The translations under genes were made by a program, and so were the position numbers. 64,000 nt of DNA, from contig NC_086108.1 of the NCBI RefSeq assembly GCF_963921235.1, positions 71,426,001-71,490,000 of the forward strand. The letters are read 5' to 3'. Shown here in pieces: positions 1 through 12,989 of this stretch. The DNA comes from Mobula hypostoma. Its lineage: Eukaryota. The first letter of the stretch is position 1. Every line of letters begins with the position of its first letter. The notes below the pieces were generated by a model. That model had not been told where the DNA came from. It saw only the letters and a program-made list of their open reading frames with translations, and ran no database searches.

Positions 1-300
1 CTGGTTCAGGAGCCTGATGGCCAAAGAGTAATAACTGTTCCTGAGCCTGGTGGAATGGGAACAAATGCTCCTGTACCTTTTCCTGATGGTGGAAGTAAGA
101 AGGGAGCACCGCCTTGATGTTGGATGTTGTTTTCTTGTGGCAACGCTCTTTGTTGATGTGCTCAATGGTGGAAAGGGCTTCTCCTGTGATGAACCGGACT
201 GTATCCACCACATTTTGTAGGCTTTTCCTATCCTGGGCATTGGTGTTTCCATACCAGGCCAAGATGAAACCAGCCAGGAAACTGTCCACTGTTCACCAAT
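1..300 (-). mobile_element. Rex1/Babar-like non-LTR retrotransposon fragment (RT C-terminal part), runs off the window edge
   Basis: Minus strand reads like the decayed ...GFILAWYGNTNAQDRKSLQNVVDT... segment and resembles the copy at about 13310-13570. Confidence 0.65.
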
Positions 301-1923
301 AGGGAGGTACATGGGAACTCAATAAGTTACAAAGAAATAAGTGGGAAACGAGACCGATGGGGATGTTCTGAGAGCTGTATTAACTTGATGGAGTGAATGA
401 TCCTCTTTGTCATAAATAAATATGAAATAATAAATATATAAGATGAAAAATAAGGAGCTCTGTGTACCTTATTAATAATTGAACTGTGGTTATCACTTTT
501 CAAATTGACATCATCTTATCAGAAACTGGGTGATTAACATCTGCATCAAAATTTACTCTGGCATTAAACTGAAGGCATATGAAAGGAAGCAGAGGTGAAT
601 TCATCTTTGCTAAGCAAAGCAATAACATTCTGCCTTGAAACTAATAAGGCAGTGAATTTTCTCCTATATAAAATGCTACTCCTGTCTTGCCTCTGCAAAG
701 TGACTTGGAATCTTTTCCACACTGAAGGCATTTAACAAAAAATGCTGGAATAGCGCCTTGTACAGCAGTAAAGGTCTTCAGAAGAGTCAGAAAATGTAAA
801 AATAAAGTTTTAAAAATACTAATCCTGTCAGAGGAAGCCAAAACAATTCTGAGCTTATATCAGTACAGTACCTAAACCTTTCCGTTTCCTGTCATCAGAC
901 ACAAATCTCCATGGTAAATCTAGATTACTGTTAATAACGCAAGGAAAGTTTTGGCTGTAACCAAATCTCAGTGCCATTTGAGCAGTTTAAAACCAGCAAA
1001 TATGTTCAGTATTTCTAAGCTCAGCTCAAGACCTCCCAGTACCGAGTATTAAGAGCAGAGCTTTCTCTAGTTTGCTTGATTTTTTTCTCTCTGTACTACT
1101 GTGATGTATCAGTAAAAGTGTGCCAGGAAATTTAGTAGATAATTGTATTGCAGGGGCTTTGTTAAGTAATACACATCTTGCGAAATTAGTCAGAACCTAT
1201 TAGATTATTAGTGTCAGCCGATGGTTTTATTGGTGGGACAGCTGTGAATAAACTGGGTGGCGTACATTGAGGCCCAGGTGCTGTGTGCCACTGATTAGAC
1301 CTCAGACACTCAAGACTTTTTGAACACGAGAGGGACAGTATAGGACTGGGCCAGGCCTAAGAATCACAGAGACTAGACGGTAGGGGTGAGGGGAACAAAA
1401 GAGAGAAAAAGAATTGGGGCCAATTGATGGGTAGAAGGAGAAAGATCAGAGAAATTGTCAGTTGCCAGGGGCTGATTAGTAATCAGGGCCTGTGGCGGGT
1501 GAGATATAAAATCTCTAAAAGGTATGTCTACGGGGAGTTACAAATGAGCTCCCAGTGCAAATCTGCCCAAGCAAGTCCCACACCCATCAACCCTGGGAAT
1601 GACTATCCACGGTTCCATTTGTGACTCAAACTCTCCCACACAACTATTGATCACACATCCTTCTTTGTTGCTGTTTAATATGCAAGTAGTTAGAATATGA
1701 CAATCAACCAACAGCAGTAGTTGGTAGAACAAGCTATTTGAAGTTACTCCAAATGGTGCACATGCTTTTCAGAGGGTATATGCATACTGAATATGAACAA
1801 CACTGGTTTCTCTCAAAAAGTACCAAACCTACATTAATTGTCACAATCTCCATATAAGTAGATCAATTTACTATTTACATAAATATATTTGCAATTGTTG
1901 GATACATATAAATACCCACACGA

Positions 1924-4587
1924 CAGCTATAATCAACCTGCACTATTGCGCCCCTCCCCCTTGGGGGTGGTGGGAGTTTCTAAAGGGGTGATAAAGATAA
2001 AGATGATGGGTTGGTGTGCTCAGTAGTGAGGGGGGCAGCTGAGGGATTACAGGTTAATTTAAGAAATCAATTACTTCTTATAAGCATTTGATCCTCAGTG
2101 CCTCATAAAAGATTACAATAATAACCTCAGAACTTGCTAACCCACTGATTTCTTAGACATTGCTTGAAGGTTGTTATAGTCGTGGAAAAGCAATGTGACA
2201 CATTTGGCATATCACGAGAAATCTACCATTCACTACTGTAGTACAGTGTTAGTTAGTACAATTCCCATAATCTAATTATACAGTGACACAATCCCTGTGA
2301 ATTAGGGCAATGGTGTTCAATGGGTTAAAGTTCAGAATCTGCCCTTTTGAATGGTCTTGACCACATTTCTCTAGCCCATGGCCCAACTGAGATATAGCGA
2401 CCCAACCCGGATATTGCTGCTCCATCTTATGTACTTTTCAAGCACAGAGTTGGGTTTTGCCTGAGCTATGATGATGTTGTAACTTCCCCCTTTATTGATT
2501 GTAGTGCTTGAGGTTGCACTTAAACATGACTGATCGTGATCATTAATCCATAATGAAAATGGCAGAAGTAGACTAAACAAAAAAGAAGTGTTAATTGTAG
2601 AGTATGGTGTATCTGAAATATGGATTTACATCAGCAACAAGTAACCAATAGCAGTCAATGTGGCTGTTGTGTGAAAAGGTTTTTCAGGTGAGGCAATGAA
2701 ACCATCCAGGCTCCTTGAACATTTAAAGAGAATACACCCTGATAAAGCAAACAAGAACTTGGTTTATTTTCAGTCATTTTGTGAAAACTGTCAGAAATGG
2801 AAAACAGTTCAAAACATGTTTGCCACGAGTTCACAACAAGACAATGAAGGTTTGCATGGTTCATATATTTTATCACTCATTGCTAAATCTGGAAAACCCC
2901 ATACAATTGCAGAAGAACTAATTCTGCCAGTAGTAAAGGAGGTTCTGAGTGTGGTTTTGCATGAGTCACCAGACCAAATAATTAAAGCGAATCTGCTCAG
3001 TGACAACTCTGTTCAAAAATCAATAGATGAAATGTTTGAGAATGTTTATGAACACAGAATTTGCTCTACAGTTGGAAGAGTCATTTTTACCAGGCAATGA
3101 ATTTTTGCTTCTTGGTTACGTTTGTGTCAGAAAAGATTAAAGCATGGTTCAAGAGTTGTTATTTTCAAGGTAACTAGAAACAGATATGAAGGAGGAGTCA
3201 ATATTTCAGGTTGTTGAGCAATTTTTCAAAGAGAAGGACATTCTATTCACCAACAATTTTGCTTGTGCAACAGATGGGGCACCATCAATGACAGCACACC
3301 ACTGTGGGGTTATTACTTTCTAGAAAAAAGCTGAACTTAACATATTTACCATTTACTTTGTAATTCACAGACCACATCTTGTTGTAAAAACACCAAGTGA
3401 TCAGCTGCACCAATCATTGAATACTGTTATGACAGTGGTAAATAAAATCAAGTTCCATGCTTCAAATTCTCGATTATTTTGAGAGATTTGTATTGAGTAT
3501 GATGAACAGTGTGAACACTTGCTGTTGCACACAGAAGACAGATGGCTCTCAAAAGGAAACTGCCTGAAACACTTTTATGTGCTTTTTGGAAACTGTAATA
3601 AAATTCATTAAAGACTTGCATGCTTCATTCAGTAATCAACTTAAGAATATTAAGGATGACATTGCTTATTTGTCAGGATTATTCACAAAGTTTAATGAAA
3701 TCAATCTTCAATTGCAAGGAATAGATGTGAATCTTATCAAAGTAAAATCAGTCATCTCCACATTTCCGTCCAAGTTAACCTTATTTAAGTACAACATTGG
3801 CTGTCACTCCCCTTTCCAATTGGAAGAGAAAGAAAGAAAAGCAATTGATGATTTTCAAGTATGTTGTGCCCACCTGGGTAAAGCTGCAGAAAGACATGTC
3901 AGAGAAATTTTATTATCTTCTCTCAATTCAAATTCCAGATTTGGGTAATAAATCCATTCCTGAAAACCCGTACTGAGGAATTATCAGGAAGGATGGAGGA
4001 AGGACTGAATTTGCTACAAAATGACTTTGAACTGAAACCAAGGTTCAAAAAATCATATGAAGACTAGTGGTTACAGAAAAAAATCTCTGATCACTACCCT
4101 GCACTGTGGAAAAAGGTTAAGGTGTTCTTTCCATCATCATTATTTAGTGGAGTGCAGTTCCAGTGCAGTCACCCAACTTCTTCCAAAGCAATGAAACAGA
4201 CTGCAAATTACTGAATATAGGGGTCTGAATATAGGTGTTGAGAAGCTGATATCACTGCTCCAAGTTCATCCATCTCATTGAAAGGTGAAAAATGAATGAA
4301 GTAGTGAATAGTTGGACTGCTAATGTACATTCTAAATTTGTTGATGAAAGTTGCTTTTACTGTAATGAAATAAATAATTTTACTTGTAGCTTTAAATAGA
4401 GTTGAATACTTTTTGCAACTATTTGTCACCACTTTGACTTTTCAGTTCCTATTTTCTTTCACCTGCATTGCTAATAAAAATTATTTATAATTTTATGTAT
4501 TAGCCAGAAAGGGGGGGGGGGGGTGGTGCTGGGGATGTGGTCTGAGAGCTAAGGGGGCGGTAACCCAAAAAAGTTTGGGAACTACTG
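1924..4587 (+). mobile_element. Decayed hAT (Buster/Charlie, ZBED8/SCAND3-like) DNA transposon
   Basis: ORF fragments MKPSRLLEHLKRIHP (BED finger), LIAKSGKPHTIAEELILP and DIAYLSGLFTKFNEINLQLQG, plus CATDGAPSM-like DNA near 3263. The 3' end TTTGGGAACTACTG is a hAT-type TIR. Many stops and frameshifts; the 5' boundary is approximate. Confidence 0.85.
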
Positions 4588-5726
4588 ATATACAAGATTT
4601 CTTAAAGGTGATTTCATTCATTGCAAAGTGTTTTGTTACTGTAGCAGCATTGATTCAGATGATTCACCTCATCCTGTCCCGTAGGCTGTGCATTATTTCC
4701 TCAATATTGGCCCTCAGGTGCCTCCTGAATAATATCCTGTGCAACAATGGCATTTGGCTTTTATGTGAAGGCTACAATAGAGAAATCTGGATGTGAGAAC
4801 AAAATAATCAACATTGGAGTTGCACAGCTATTATTTCACAGTAGCTGACTTTGGCCCAAAGTAATTTATGGTCCATGACCGGGTGTGCAGTCCCTCCCCA
4901 TTAGACATTTCTGAAATCAAACAACGTGCATAATTTAAACTGTTTTCTTTCCACAAATGGTGCTTGTCCTACGGAGTGTGCCAATATTTTCTGTTTTTTT
5001 AAAATTATTCTACCTAATCCTTCTTTACCAATCCTACAAATATTATTCTGAATACTGAGAAATATTACTCTTCAACTGTTTTGGACAATGTGTGTTGTGT
5101 CACTTGAGTTTCACCCAGATCTAGTCAATGGCCAGGAGTAATGCTGATACTTTCAATAATCCAGGTGGCTGTTCAAGAATCTCATGAATTAAGAGCATAA
5201 TATTGCTTAAATGTGGCATCTTCAGGATGATAATGATATGGGGATCCTCTCCATTTTCAAAGATTGCCAGTAACACTTCCACCAAGAAAGATTTAGAATG
5301 GAGTAGAATCAAAGGGAGAAGAATTACTTGTGTCCATGGTAAGGTTTAACTAAATAAATTACAGCAGTGATGATACAATGAGTGAACTTTGGCATATAGT
5401 AAGATTATAAGCGACAATCAGAAGCTCCTTGTCATGGTGTAATTTTCTGCCCTGCCATAAAGAGAGCTCCGTTTTCTATATCCCAAATTCCATTCAAACA
5501 ATGGAAGAGAACTGATGGGTAATCTGGAATGCTTCAGCGATTGCTGGTGGAATAACATTCAATAGTGAATGGGAAAGACCAGGAAATCAGGGGAAGTTAG
5601 TTTAACCAACATGATATAGGCCAAAGGCTATGCTTATGACTCTCCAAGATTTAACATTTAGTTTAAAATTTAAGCTGGCAATGTAGAAGGTGCAATATCC
5701 AAACAATGTGAGGGTACCTTGTAGGA

Positions 5727-5789
5727 CAGGAGTTCCCAATCTGGGGTCCACGGACCCCTTGCCTCGTGGTATTGGTCCATGGCATAAAA
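5727..5789 (+). mobile_element. Truncated hAT/Charlie-type MITE
   Basis: Begins CAGGAGTTCCCAA (hAT TIR-like) followed by the internal palindrome GGGGTCCACGGACCCC; the 3' TIR is missing. Confidence 0.5.
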
Positions 5790-6214
5790 TTCTTTATGGC
5801 AGTCTATCAGACTGTAACATTTCTGGTGAATATATACTGTAGTTCTACCGCAAAGAAAGAATGGGAATTTTACAGCTTATTTTGTCAGTGGCAGGGCTAC
5901 ATTTGCTACTGACAGAAAGATATAGTGGAAACCTCCTCTTTCCTCAACTTAACTGGTCAGGCATCAAATCAAAGCAATCCTTTGGGCCTGGCAGATGTAG
6001 TAACATCAAAATACCTGAGAAAACTGTTACATTGACAGCATATCAAGAAGTAATTTTTAAATATTTTAAACATACTAAATGATTACATGGCACATATCAA
6101 TATGATTAAAAGGAATCCAAAATAAAATTTACTGAGTAAAGATTAATTTAATTCCCCTGTATTTCACAGTATTCGCGTGGGAAGCTAAAATTGAAAAATG
6201 GCTGTCAGTTTTAA

Positions 6215-6620
6215 CATAGGAACATGAGAACATTAGAAATGGAAGCAAGGATAGGACATTCAGCTCCTCATTCCTTCCTTACATTTTGTAATATCATAGT
6301 TGATCTTTTAACCCAATACCACTTTTCTGCATTGACCCTATGCCCCTCAATATGTAAAAATCTATTAATCATTATCTTTAATTTATTCAGGGACTGAGGC
6401 TCCACAGTCTTGCTGGGTAGTGAACTCTAAAAAGGTCATTATCCTGTGGGTGAAGGAATTATTTTCTTAATCTCTGTCCTGAATGGTTGACCCCCGATTC
6501 TGAGACTGTAACCCATGGCTCTAGGCACTCAGCCAAGAAAAACATCACTTCTGCACCTTCTCTGTTGGTCCCTATAAGAACTTCAAAGAGATAATTTCTC
6601 ATTCTCCAAAACTCAACAGA
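6215..6620 (-). mobile_element. Old CR1 3' end fragment
   Basis: Decayed version of the CR1 3' region seen at 60781-61200. Confidence 0.5.
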
Positions 6621-8468
6621 GTCTTGGCCATAATTAAAACTGAAAATGCTGGAAGAATTCTCCAGGTTAGACAGCAATTTTGAAAAGAGAAACAGAGTTA
6701 AAGTTTCACTTTAAAGACCCTTTGTCGGACTGCTTCAATGAAGAGTATTTGACCTGAAGCATTAACTTTATTTCTCATTCCACACGTGGTCTGACCTAGT
6801 ATTTTCTGTTTTTATTTTAGATTTCCATTATCTGTGATTGTTTCTAGAGTAGAGGGCCAGTCTGCTCAAACTCTCGATTAAATGAACACGGGATGTCAGG
6901 AATTAATCTGCTCACCCTCTGTTGCAAATTATACTTTCCTTATGAAGAAAGACTCAGTCTCCTACACATGGTGTTGTTGGCTGAGGGTAAATTACTCAAG
7001 CCATTTTGCAGAAATCTGACTTAATAATCCAGAGACACAAATTTAAATTCCACAGTAGCAGCGGTGGCATTTAAATTCAGCTAATAACCTGGAATCTAAA
7101 CTGTTCAAATCCAGATTGGTTTTCCTTTCTACAGATGCTGACTGATCTAATAAGTAACTCGAGCATTTTCCTTACATAACCAAAGTAGTTGACTTTTAAT
7201 TCCGCTCTGAAGTGGTCTTGTAAGCTATTCAGTTTGTCAAAATTAGGAATGATAAATAAATTGTGGGCTTGCCAATGATGCTGAGATCCCAATAGAAAAT
7301 AAATTTTAACGAAGTTACTGTTTCACCATGACCTAATATAATCCCCATTTTCTACTCTAATTGTCTTGCAGAACTATTTGCCTTCCCTATGGCTTGCATA
7401 AACTTTGAGTTATAATGACCCACAAGGTATTGAATTTTTGCAGGTTCCTCTGAAAGGCAACACCTTTCAATCAGTCACCATTTATACACTTTTTAGATTT
7501 CCATTTAGGTGTTGACTTCACATTTTTCCACATTACTTTTTTATCTGCCATGTCCATGTCCATTTACCTAACCTAATCTTAACCTGAAGCTTCTCTGCAT
7601 CTTCCTCACAGCTCGTACTGCTGCTCAGCTTTGTCTAAGCATTGAATAGGGAGATACTGCACTTTAGTCATTCATCCAAACCACCTTGTGAGCAGCTGGA
7701 GATTCACCTCTGATCCATTGAATTGTAGTGATCAACTGAGTCAAGCATGATGTCCTCCTAAGGGGTTGTCTATTGGTGGGTTCTCAGGCAGCTGGAGAGG
7801 CCGATCGAGGATGTTAGTGCTAATGGAAAGTGCATGTGTATGATTCTATTTAACAGGAGGAGAATGATGCATGGGGAGCCACCACATGGTCCTTGACAGA
7901 CTGGGATCAGGGTCCACTGGCATGGAGTACAAGATGACTGAGGACCCTTCACTGCTGCAGGCTTCATTGCCATTTTGATGTGTTATCACCTTCTGCCAGC
8001 TCCACCACTGAGGTCTTGGTTGGATTACTGTTTGTCTGGAACCTCTGCCTTGACCTTACCACCATGGGTGACCCCACGAGGAGCTAAGTGCTAGATGGCT
8101 AAACTCCAGACAGCATCACACTCAGATACTCTCTAACGTCTCTACCATGACAAGGTGATGATCCTTGGAGAGGGACCCATGCAATACCTCACTATTCACA
8201 GTCTTCCAGCCCGAAAATTACCTACGGTTTTGTCCATTAGGTGATATAAATCCTCCTTAATATAAATTAATGTGGAATAAACACTGGAGCCACAACAGAC
8301 TGCAAATGTAATCTGGAGAAACTCAGCAGGTCTGGCAGGATCTGTGGAGGCAAAGTGATGGTAGACGTTTCTAGGTATTAGGATATCAAGGCAATAAAGT
8401 TGTTTGGGAGTGTAGTAACTGCTGAAATATGATCAATACATGATAATAACCTGAGAACCTGTTCAAAT

Positions 8469-9887
8469 GATGATGTTCCCTTATTCAAGAAAGGGAGTAG
8501 GGGTAGCCCAGGAAATTATAGGCCAGTGAGTCTTACTTCAGTGGTTGGTAAGTTGATGGAGATGATCCTGAGAGGTAGGATTTATGAACATTTGGAGAGG
8601 TATAATATGATTAGGAATAGTCAGCATGGCTTTGTCAAAGGCAGGTCGTGCCTTACGAGCCTGAATGAATTTTTTGAACATGTGACTAAACACATTGATG
8701 AAGCTGTAGGTGTAGTGTATATGGATTTCAGCAAGGCATTTGATAAGGTACCTCATGCAAGGCTTATTGAGAAAGTAAGGAGGCATGGGATCCAAGGGGA
8801 CCTTGCTTTGTGGATCCAGAATTGGCTTGCCCACAGAAGGCAAAGAGTGGTTGTAGATGGGTCATATTCATCATGGAGGCCGGTGACCAATGGTGTGCCT
8901 CAGGGATCTGTTCTGAGACCCCTACTCTTTGTGATTTTTATAAATGACCTGGACGAGGAAGTGGAGGGATGGGTTAGTAAATTTGCTGATGACACAAAGG
9001 TTGGGGGTGTTGTGGATATTGTGGAGGGCTGTCAGAGGTTACAGCAGGACATCAATAGGATGTCAAACTGGGCTGAGAAGTGGTAAATGGAGCTCAACCC
9101 AGATAAGTGTGAGGTGGTTCATTTTGGTAGGTCAAATACGATGGCAGAATATAGTATTAATGGTAATACCCTTGGCAGTGTGGAGGATCAGAGGGATCTT
9201 GGGGTCTGAGTCCACAGGACACTCAAAGCTGCTGCGCAGGTTGACTCTGTGGTTAGGAAGGCATACAGTGCATTGGCCTTTGTCAATCTGGGATTGAGTT
9301 TAAGAGCCGAGAGGTAATGTTGCAGCTATATAGGACACTGGTCAGACCCCACTTGGGAGTACTGTGCTCAGTTCTGGTTGCCTCACTATAGGAAGGATGT
9401 GGAAACTATAGAAAGGGTGCAGAGGAGATTTACAAGGATGTTGCCTGGATTGGGGAGCGTGCCTTAACAGAATAGGTTGAGTGAACTCAGCCTTTTCTCC
9501 CTGCAGCAACGGAGGATGAGAGGTGACCTGACTGACGTGTACAAGATGATGACAGGCATTGATCGTGTGGATAGTCAGAGGCTTTTTCCCAGGGCTGAAA
9601 TGGCTAACACGAGAGGGCATAGTTTTAAGGCGTTTGGAAGTAGGAACAGAGGAGATGTCAGGGGTAATTTTTTTTTACGCAGAGTGGTGAGTGTGTGGAA
9701 TGGGTTGCCGGCAACAGTGGTGGAGGCGGATACGATAGGGTTTTTACCGAGACTCCCGGCTGGGTACATGAAGCTTAGAAAAATAGAGGGCTATGGGTAA
9801 CCCTAGGTAATTTCTAAAGTAAGTACATGTTCGGCACAACATTGTGGGCCGAAGGGCCTGTTTTGTGCAGTAGTGTTTCTGTTTCTA
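8469..9887 (+). mobile_element. 5'-truncated CR1 LINE (RT domain and 3' UTR)
   Basis: [42 protein letters not shown] and KFADDTK motifs; internal stops; CR1-type 3' UTR ending about 350 bp upstream of the LURAP1 ATG. Confidence 0.95.
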
Positions 9888-9939
9888 ATGCTGTTTGAGA
9901 GATAAATACTGCTCAGGGCATTTTTAACAATCCACTGAC

Positions 9940-11550
9940 CTTGGTGCGAAAGACGTCACCTAGGAGACTGCGGCGCTCCCTCAGCAAATGTGGTGGCGAG
10001 GGGAAACTGAAGGCCCAGCCTGCTGGCTATGACAGGCAACAATGGAACAGTTCTCGGCAGTAGTGGCGTGTTTAGGTGCAGTACGGTACAGAGGGGGCGG
10101 GCGCAGTGTCGGCGCCGCCTTCGCCGCAGTGTTCATTCATTCATTCATGGCTGCAGGTGGAAGTCGGCGATGAGGAGGTGCGGGGCAGTCCGTTCAGCTG
10201 GCCTCAACCCTCGTATCGTGTAGACAGCCACCGCCATGGAAGACAGTGTGAGCGAGGCCCTGCCCGAGCTGAAGGACTTAGAGCACAAGGTGGGACGGAA
10301 GATGCCCGACGGCTTACTGCGCTGGCTGCGGGAGGACTCGGCTCGGCCGTCCGGTGACAAGGCGGAAGCTCCCGGTCCCGGGGCCGGCGGTGAGCCCGTG
10401 CCCGTAGCCGCTCCGGGCAGGCGATTGCCTCAGGGGCTGGCGGAGAAGATCCGTGTGCTGAGGCTGGAAATGGTGAGGTGCAGCGAAAGGGGGGAGGGGG
10501 TTGTGGCTTAAAGGTGCAGGTCTTGTCATAGACAGTTTTATTTACACCCCCCTCCCCTTTCTCCGGTGTCGAATCCCCAAAGCGAAGTTCCTCCGAGCTA
10601 CACTGACAATAATCCCTCAACCGTCACCTGAAGGAGGAGCAGACTGACCACCAGCTACATTGGTTCACCGCTTCACGGCGGGAGCAATGACACATATCGG
10701 TAACACACTTGTTAATGTTTCTCATGACAGGAGGTTCCCGCAGGCTGCGAAAGACAACCAAACCTCGCCAAACGCACTCTTCAGGAGCGGCTGACGCCTG
10801 AGCACTATTAACTTTAACTCTTTCCTTTATTGCTTGCAAATACAGAGGGGAAATTGCGGATGGCGGAACGACCCAGCTCCATAACCTATGATCAATTGGG
10901 TGTTTTTAAAAAAAATGTAATTGGCCACTTCGCGCTTAAAGCTTTTCGGCAGAGGCTTGGATGATTTAAGTGGCTGGTTACTCTCTCTGGCACGGGATTC
11001 AAGCTCCCAGTACCGCGATGCCGGTACTCGACTCCGGGTGCGGGTGATTGCTGGAGCTTGCTGTAATGTTTGGGGCTCTCCCTACGTGCCTTTAAGTAGA
11101 AGACGCGGCATTGATCAAATTCTTATAATCAGGGTTGACCCCGGATGCAGATGGGGGCTGCATTTTTTTAAACGCAGATGAGTCATGGTTTTTGTTTGGA
11201 TTAAGTAAATTGGTTAAATTTTTTGCTCTCCCACCCGTAACACAATTCGTAAGTTCTGATCAGTTCACAGTAGAATTCAACAAAACGCACGAGTTAAACG
11301 TAGGAACAACAGGTGCATGAACAAACCAATGCAATTTTATGAACCAGCTTTAAAAAAATCCATTCCTTTCCTTGGTTTGCGGCCAAACCAGTGTTCTCTG
11401 TTTACCTGACTGTGCCGAGGCTGCGGATACTTGAAGCTAAACCATGACCGCGTCTGCAGGTTTATTACGGCTACGGGCACCAGCAGCCTGTCCCATCTTC
11501 AGCGCTGCGTTGCGCCACACGCGCAATCGTCCATTTAAAGCGAGAATTCC
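9940..11550. promoter_or_regulatory. CpG island / LURAP1 promoter and first-exon region
   Basis: Sharp local rise in CpG and GC against a CpG-depleted background; GC box GGGGGCGGG at 10093-10101; start codon in GCCACCGCCATGG context. Confidence 0.8.
10236..10472 (+). CDS. LURAP1: Leucine-rich adaptor protein 1, coding exon 1 (79 codons)
   Basis: MEDSVSEALPELKDLEHKVGRKMPDGLLRWLR...LAEKIRVLRLEM matches the recalled LURAP1 N-terminus (PDLRDVEGKVGRKTPEGLLR...LGDKIMALKMEL). Strong Kozak context; donor ATG|GTGAGG, phase 0. Confidence 0.95.
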
Positions 11551-12129
11551 GTCAGATTTTTAAATAATCTTTGAGTATCATCTGGGTTTATTGTTGGTAT
11601 TTTAATAAGTGAAATTACTGTATCTGGTTTCCCGCTGGAAAAAAACTTGCATCTTCTTCCCTTTTCATTTCTCTCGCCCCATTCCCAACAATTTCACCTG
11701 AGTCCAGAACTAACTTATGAATACCCATTGTTATAAATGAATGGACCCTGATTAGGGCAGTTTGGAGGTGTTTGACGTGGATGCCAGATTTTTTTTATTG
11801 TAGTATTTTTATTATGGCAGTTACGTATGACTTGGCTTGTTTTCTGATCATCTACCGGAAGCAAGCCTTCTCCCGCCCAGATGCTATCAGATCTGTCAAT
11901 TATTTCCAACGTTTACTGTTTTTTTTAATTTTTAGTTTGCTTTTGTTATACTGCTTTTATGAGTTCTAAATGATTGTAAATGATTCATCCAGGATTTGTG
12001 CTGCTTTGCAGGATATAAGCAATATATTAATTATAGATAACTAATTGCCCAAGATGGATGACAAATTATTATTATCTGATAATTGTGGTAATTGTCTTGT
12101 TATTGTCGCATATACTGAGTGCAAACATG

Positions 12130-12650
12130 AAAATAAAAGAGTAAAAGATTTTAGTTAAAAACAAGGTTAAATAGGTTTTGAGTTGGTGTTTAAAAGTGTC
12201 AACTGAGTCTCATCCCTTATAGGTTTTGAGTTCCACAATTTGGGAGCATAGTTTTAAAAGTTTACCTACTAATCATCTTTTGAGGAAGGGTGTTTAAATT
12301 TAAGATACTGGCAGAAGACCTGAGATTTTGAGCAGAATTATAGAATGAAAGTGATTCTGTGATGTACTGTACTTTGGTCCCAGAGTAATGAGAGCTTTAA
12401 AAGCAAGAAAGAGAATGTTCAAACCAATTCTAAAAGATACAGGAAGCCAATGCAAAGTAGCTAGGACAGGAGTGATATTCTATCTCATCTTTGTTTTAGT
12501 TGAGTCTAGCAGCAGCATTCTGAATGAGTTAAAGTTTGTCAATAGATTGCTTTGGAAACCAGTAAAATTTGCATTGCAGTCATCCAGTCTATTCAATATA
12601 GAGGGGGTGAATTAGTTTTCTGTGACAGAAATAGACATACCTTTGCAATA
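12130..12650 (-). mobile_element. L2-like LINE 3' fragment in LURAP1 intron
   Basis: Minus strand gives ITPVLATLHWLPVSFRI...LLAFKAL, the typical L2 ORF2 C-terminal motif. Confidence 0.7.
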
Positions 12651-12989
12651 AATAAATCTTCTCCTTGGTCCTGATGGCAAAAGCAGCCTGAATATCTGAT
12701 ACATTATCTGTCAGATCGCAAACTTTCATGGAGGCCAGCTCTCATTCATAACCAGAGCATTTCCAGAATCACCTACTTCGTGAAACCTCTGTGGAGTGTT
12801 CAACTGAATGAGCTATGACTGATAATCCATTTTATGTTTTCCTTCAACACCAAAGAAATGTGACTGTGTCTGAGTCAATAGACCAGTGCAGGCAAGATTT
12901 GATCTAATTATGCTGGATTCATTGATCTTGGTCAGACCATTTGGGACAACCTAAAATCATCCTTAACTTTGCAAAGAGAAGGAAATCAT

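Noticed and set aside
2558..4260. Domesticated ZBED8/SCAND3/FAM200 gene
   Set aside because: Many stops and frameshifts plus a retained TIR indicate a dead transposon.
10473..10511. ORF-track extension VRCSERGEGVVA of LURAP1 exon 1
   Set aside because: Read-through into the intron past the GTGAGG donor; homology resumes at 16567.
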